Made by a program: the position numbers and the translations under genes. Shown here in pieces: positions 62,174 through 64,000 of a DNA stretch of 64,000 nucleotides. The DNA lies in the NCBI GenBank assembly GCA_002683135.1, contig NYSS01000005.1, forward strand, positions 35,473-99,472, in the 5' to 3' direction. Source of the stretch: Planctomycetota bacterium. GTDB taxonomy: Bacteria; Planctomycetota; GCA-002687715. Under the pieces are notes generated by a model. It saw nothing but the letters and a program-made list of their open reading frames with translations. It was not told the origin of the DNA and made no database searches. Positions within the stretch are counted from its first letter, which is position 1, and every line of letters starts with the position of its first letter.

Positions 62174-63646
62174 ATGGGGGCGTTGATGTCTCAGCCGCAG
62201 GCTGCTGGTTCCTTCTGGCAAGGGATACTCTCTCAGATCCGTGACCGCGTCACGGAGCAACAGTTCGACACGTGGTTCAAGACCGTTGAGCCCACGAGCT
62301 GTTCTGAGGACGCAATCGAGCTGACAGTCCCCAACAGCTTCTCCCGTGAGTGGTTGCGCAAGAAGTACGCCGACCTCATCCTCGGCGCAGTCGCGTCCAC
62401 CAACGGTGGGCGGCGCCCGACGTTGCGGATCACGGTTCGGGAGGGAGGGGATGGTGAGGCGGACAGCGGGCCGGCAAGCACGGCCATCGGCGAGACCTCC
62501 AGTGACGACTGCCCGACGAGCCTCGAAGACCAGGCCCAGGCGCTGCTCATGGAGGGCGCCCAGGCTAGCCGTCCCCGTTCTCCGGCAGCCGCCTCGGCCG
62601 CGGACGCTGCGCGTGGCGCCTGGCTGAACCCTGAGTACCGATTCGACACATTCGTCGTCGGCGCAGGCAATCGATTGCCGTATGCGGCGGCGATGGCGGT
62701 GTCAGAGAAAGACCTCCGGATCTACAACCCCCTGTTCCTTCATGGCGGCGTCGGACTCGGGAAGAGCCACCTTTTGCAGGCTATCTGCGCGGCTTGGCGG
62801 GCGCGCCGTCCGAGCTCCCGGGTTCGCTACGTGCCCTGCGAGCAGTTCATCAACCAGTTCATCTCTGGGGTCGAGAAGGGTGACCTGGAGGCCTTCCGGA
62901 AGCGCCATCGTGAGGTCGAACTCCTGGTCGTTGACGACGTGCAGTTTCTCGCCGGCAAAGAGCGCACCCAGGAAGAGTTCTTTCACACATTCAATGCGCT
63001 GCATCAGCGCCAGCAACAAATCGTCGTCTCGGCAGATGTGTCGCCGCGCGAGATCCCCGGCCTGTCCGAGCGGCTCGTGTCGCGGCTTCGCTGGGGGATG
63101 GTTTGCGAGGTTGAGGCTCCAGGTTACGAGGCTCGCCTTGACATCGTTCGGCAGCGGGCCGACCGGCTCGGGCAGGAGTTGCCAGAGGATGTCTGTGCGT
63201 TCGTCTCCGAGAGCGTTCGAACCAATGTTCGGGAGCTCGAAGGTGCAGTGACCAGGGTGATCGGGCATGCGCACCTGACGGGGCACAAGATCGACATCAC
63301 CGAGGCCCGCGAGGTGTTGCGCGACCTGGTTGTGGAGCGCCGACGACGCGTGACCATCGACCATATCGCCCAGGCGGTGACGGGCCACTTCGAGGTCAAG
63401 CTGGCCGAGCTCCAGAGCAAGAAGCGGACCCAGGCTGTCGCCGTTCCTCGTCAGATCTGCATGTTCCTCGCGCGCCGCCTCACGGGGCATTCCCTGGAGG
63501 AGATCGGCGGGTTCTTCGGGGGCCGCGACCACTCCACGGTGCTCTATGGTGTCGATCGCATTACGGCCCGATCAAAGGACGACGTGACGCTGCGGGACAC
63601 CGTGGAGCAACTGGCCACGCAGGCCCTTTCCGTGGCCGGCTCCTAG
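62174..63646 (+). CDS. dnaA: Chromosomal replication initiator protein DnaA
   Basis: FDTWFKTVEP, YRFDTFVVGAGN, NPLFLHGGVGLGKSHLLQAI, VVDDVQFLAGKERTQEEFFHTFN, and the C-terminal DNA-binding domain (DHSTVLYG). An ATG at 62186 is an alternative start. Confidence 0.92.
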   Translation: MGALMSQPQAAGSFWQGILSQIRDRVTEQQFDTWFKTVEPTSCSEDAIELTVPNSFSREWLRKKYADLILGAVASTNGGRRPTLRITVREGGDGEADSGPASTAIGETSSDDCPTSLEDQAQALLMEGAQASRPRSPAAASAADAARGAWLNPEYRFDTFVVGAGNRLPYAAAMAVSEKDLRIYNPLFLHGGVGLGKSHLLQAICAAWRARRPSSRVRYVPCEQFINQFISGVEKGDLEAFRKRHREVELLVVDDVQFLAGKERTQEEFFHTFNALHQRQQQIVVSADVSPREIPGLSERLVSRLRWGMVCEVEAPGYEARLDIVRQRADRLGQELPEDVCAFVSESVRTNVRELEGAVTRVIGHAHLTGHKIDITEAREVLRDLVVERRRRVTIDHIAQAVTGHFEVKLAELQSKKRTQAVAVPRQICMFLARRLTGHSLEEIGGFFGGRDHSTVLYGVDRITARSKDDVTLRDTVEQLATQALSVAGS

Positions 63647-63827
63647 CTACCGCGCGTCGGCTTGCCCGGCCTTGCGGGCCGCCGCGAGGGCCGGCTGCCC
63701 GGGAGCTGTCGGGGCGCCCCCAAGGCGCCTTGCCCGTGGTGGTTAGGCAAGCGCCGAAGCCCGCTGGGCCACTACCGAAAGGGCTCCGTCGCTGCTAAGA
63801 TGAGGTCTTCCAGGGGAGGTCCGCTCA

Positions 63828-64000
63828 ATGAAGTTTCGAGGGAAGCGACAAAGCCTTCTCGAGGCCCTGACGATCGTCGGGTCCGTCGTGGCGCCACGGT
63901 CCATCAAGCCCATCTTGCAGAATCTCCGGCTGGTGGTGGAGCCCGGTGGTGCGACGCTCCTGGCGACGGATCTCGAGGTCGCCATCCGCTATCGAGTAGA
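63828..64000 (+). CDS. dnaN: DNA polymerase III beta sliding clamp, 5' fragment (runs off the window)
   Basis: My own translation from the ATG at 63828: MKFRGKRQSLLEALTIVGSVVAPRSIKPILQNLRLVVEPGGATLLATDLEVAIRYRV. This is a typical DnaN N-terminus. It is not in the ORF track because no stop codon falls within the window. Confidence 0.85.
   Translation, partial: MKFRGKRQSLLEALTIVGSVVAPRSIKPILQNLRLVVEPGGATLLATDLEVAIRYRV

Noticed and set aside
1-64000. I searched for tRNA, rRNA, tmRNA, CRISPR repeats, transposase or integrase genes, toxin-antitoxin pairs and restriction-modification or other defence operons.
   Set aside because: I saw no cloverleaf-like or repeat-spacer patterns in the short intergenic regions and no ORFs with transposase, integrase, Cas or methylase signatures. 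The only nuclease-type gene is a stand-alone HNH protein with no partner genes.

Overview
About 64 kb of densely coding, high-G+C bacterial chromosome (roughly two-thirds G+C by eye). I support about 58 protein genes. I saw no rRNA, tRNA, CRISPR array, IS element or prophage. All calls rest on motifs recognised by eye from the translated ORFs; no searches were run, and most start codons are inferred.

Landmarks:
- dnaA and the 5' end of dnaN lie at the right edge (62.2-64.0 kb).
- parB and a divergent parA-like gene lie at 45.4-47.0 kb.
- A nine-gene arginine operon on the minus strand (14.2-23.5 kb) reads argR-argG-X-argC-argD-argF'-argB-deacylase-argH, with every junction overlapping.
- A lipid II module at 29.0-34.1 kb is a MurG-FHA-MurJ-HEAT fusion followed by mraY.
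- A seven-gene plus-strand operon (53.0-59.8 kb) ends in bshC-bshB-bshA (bacillithiol synthesis).
- Housekeeping genes include rsmB, fmt, rnhC, truD, nadK, pyrF, a cysteine desulfurase and a sigma-70 family factor.
- There are also many secreted, lipoprotein or TPR proteins of unknown role.

Gene organisation is compact. Overlaps of 4-11 nt (ATGA, GTGA) join most co-directional genes, and three convergent gene pairs abut with 0-3 nt between stop codons.

Most interesting candidates:
1. The MurG-FHA-MurJ-HEAT polypeptide, translationally coupled to MraY.
2. An uncharacterised P-loop protein embedded in the arg operon, exactly where an N-acyl-glutamate synthase is missing.
3. A large protein ending in an HPr domain, followed by a metallophosphoesterase-fold protein that has lost its metal ligands.
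4. A bshCBA cluster preceded by a SAM methyltransferase.
5. A 414-bp intergenic region with a long-range helix and an AT-rich tail.
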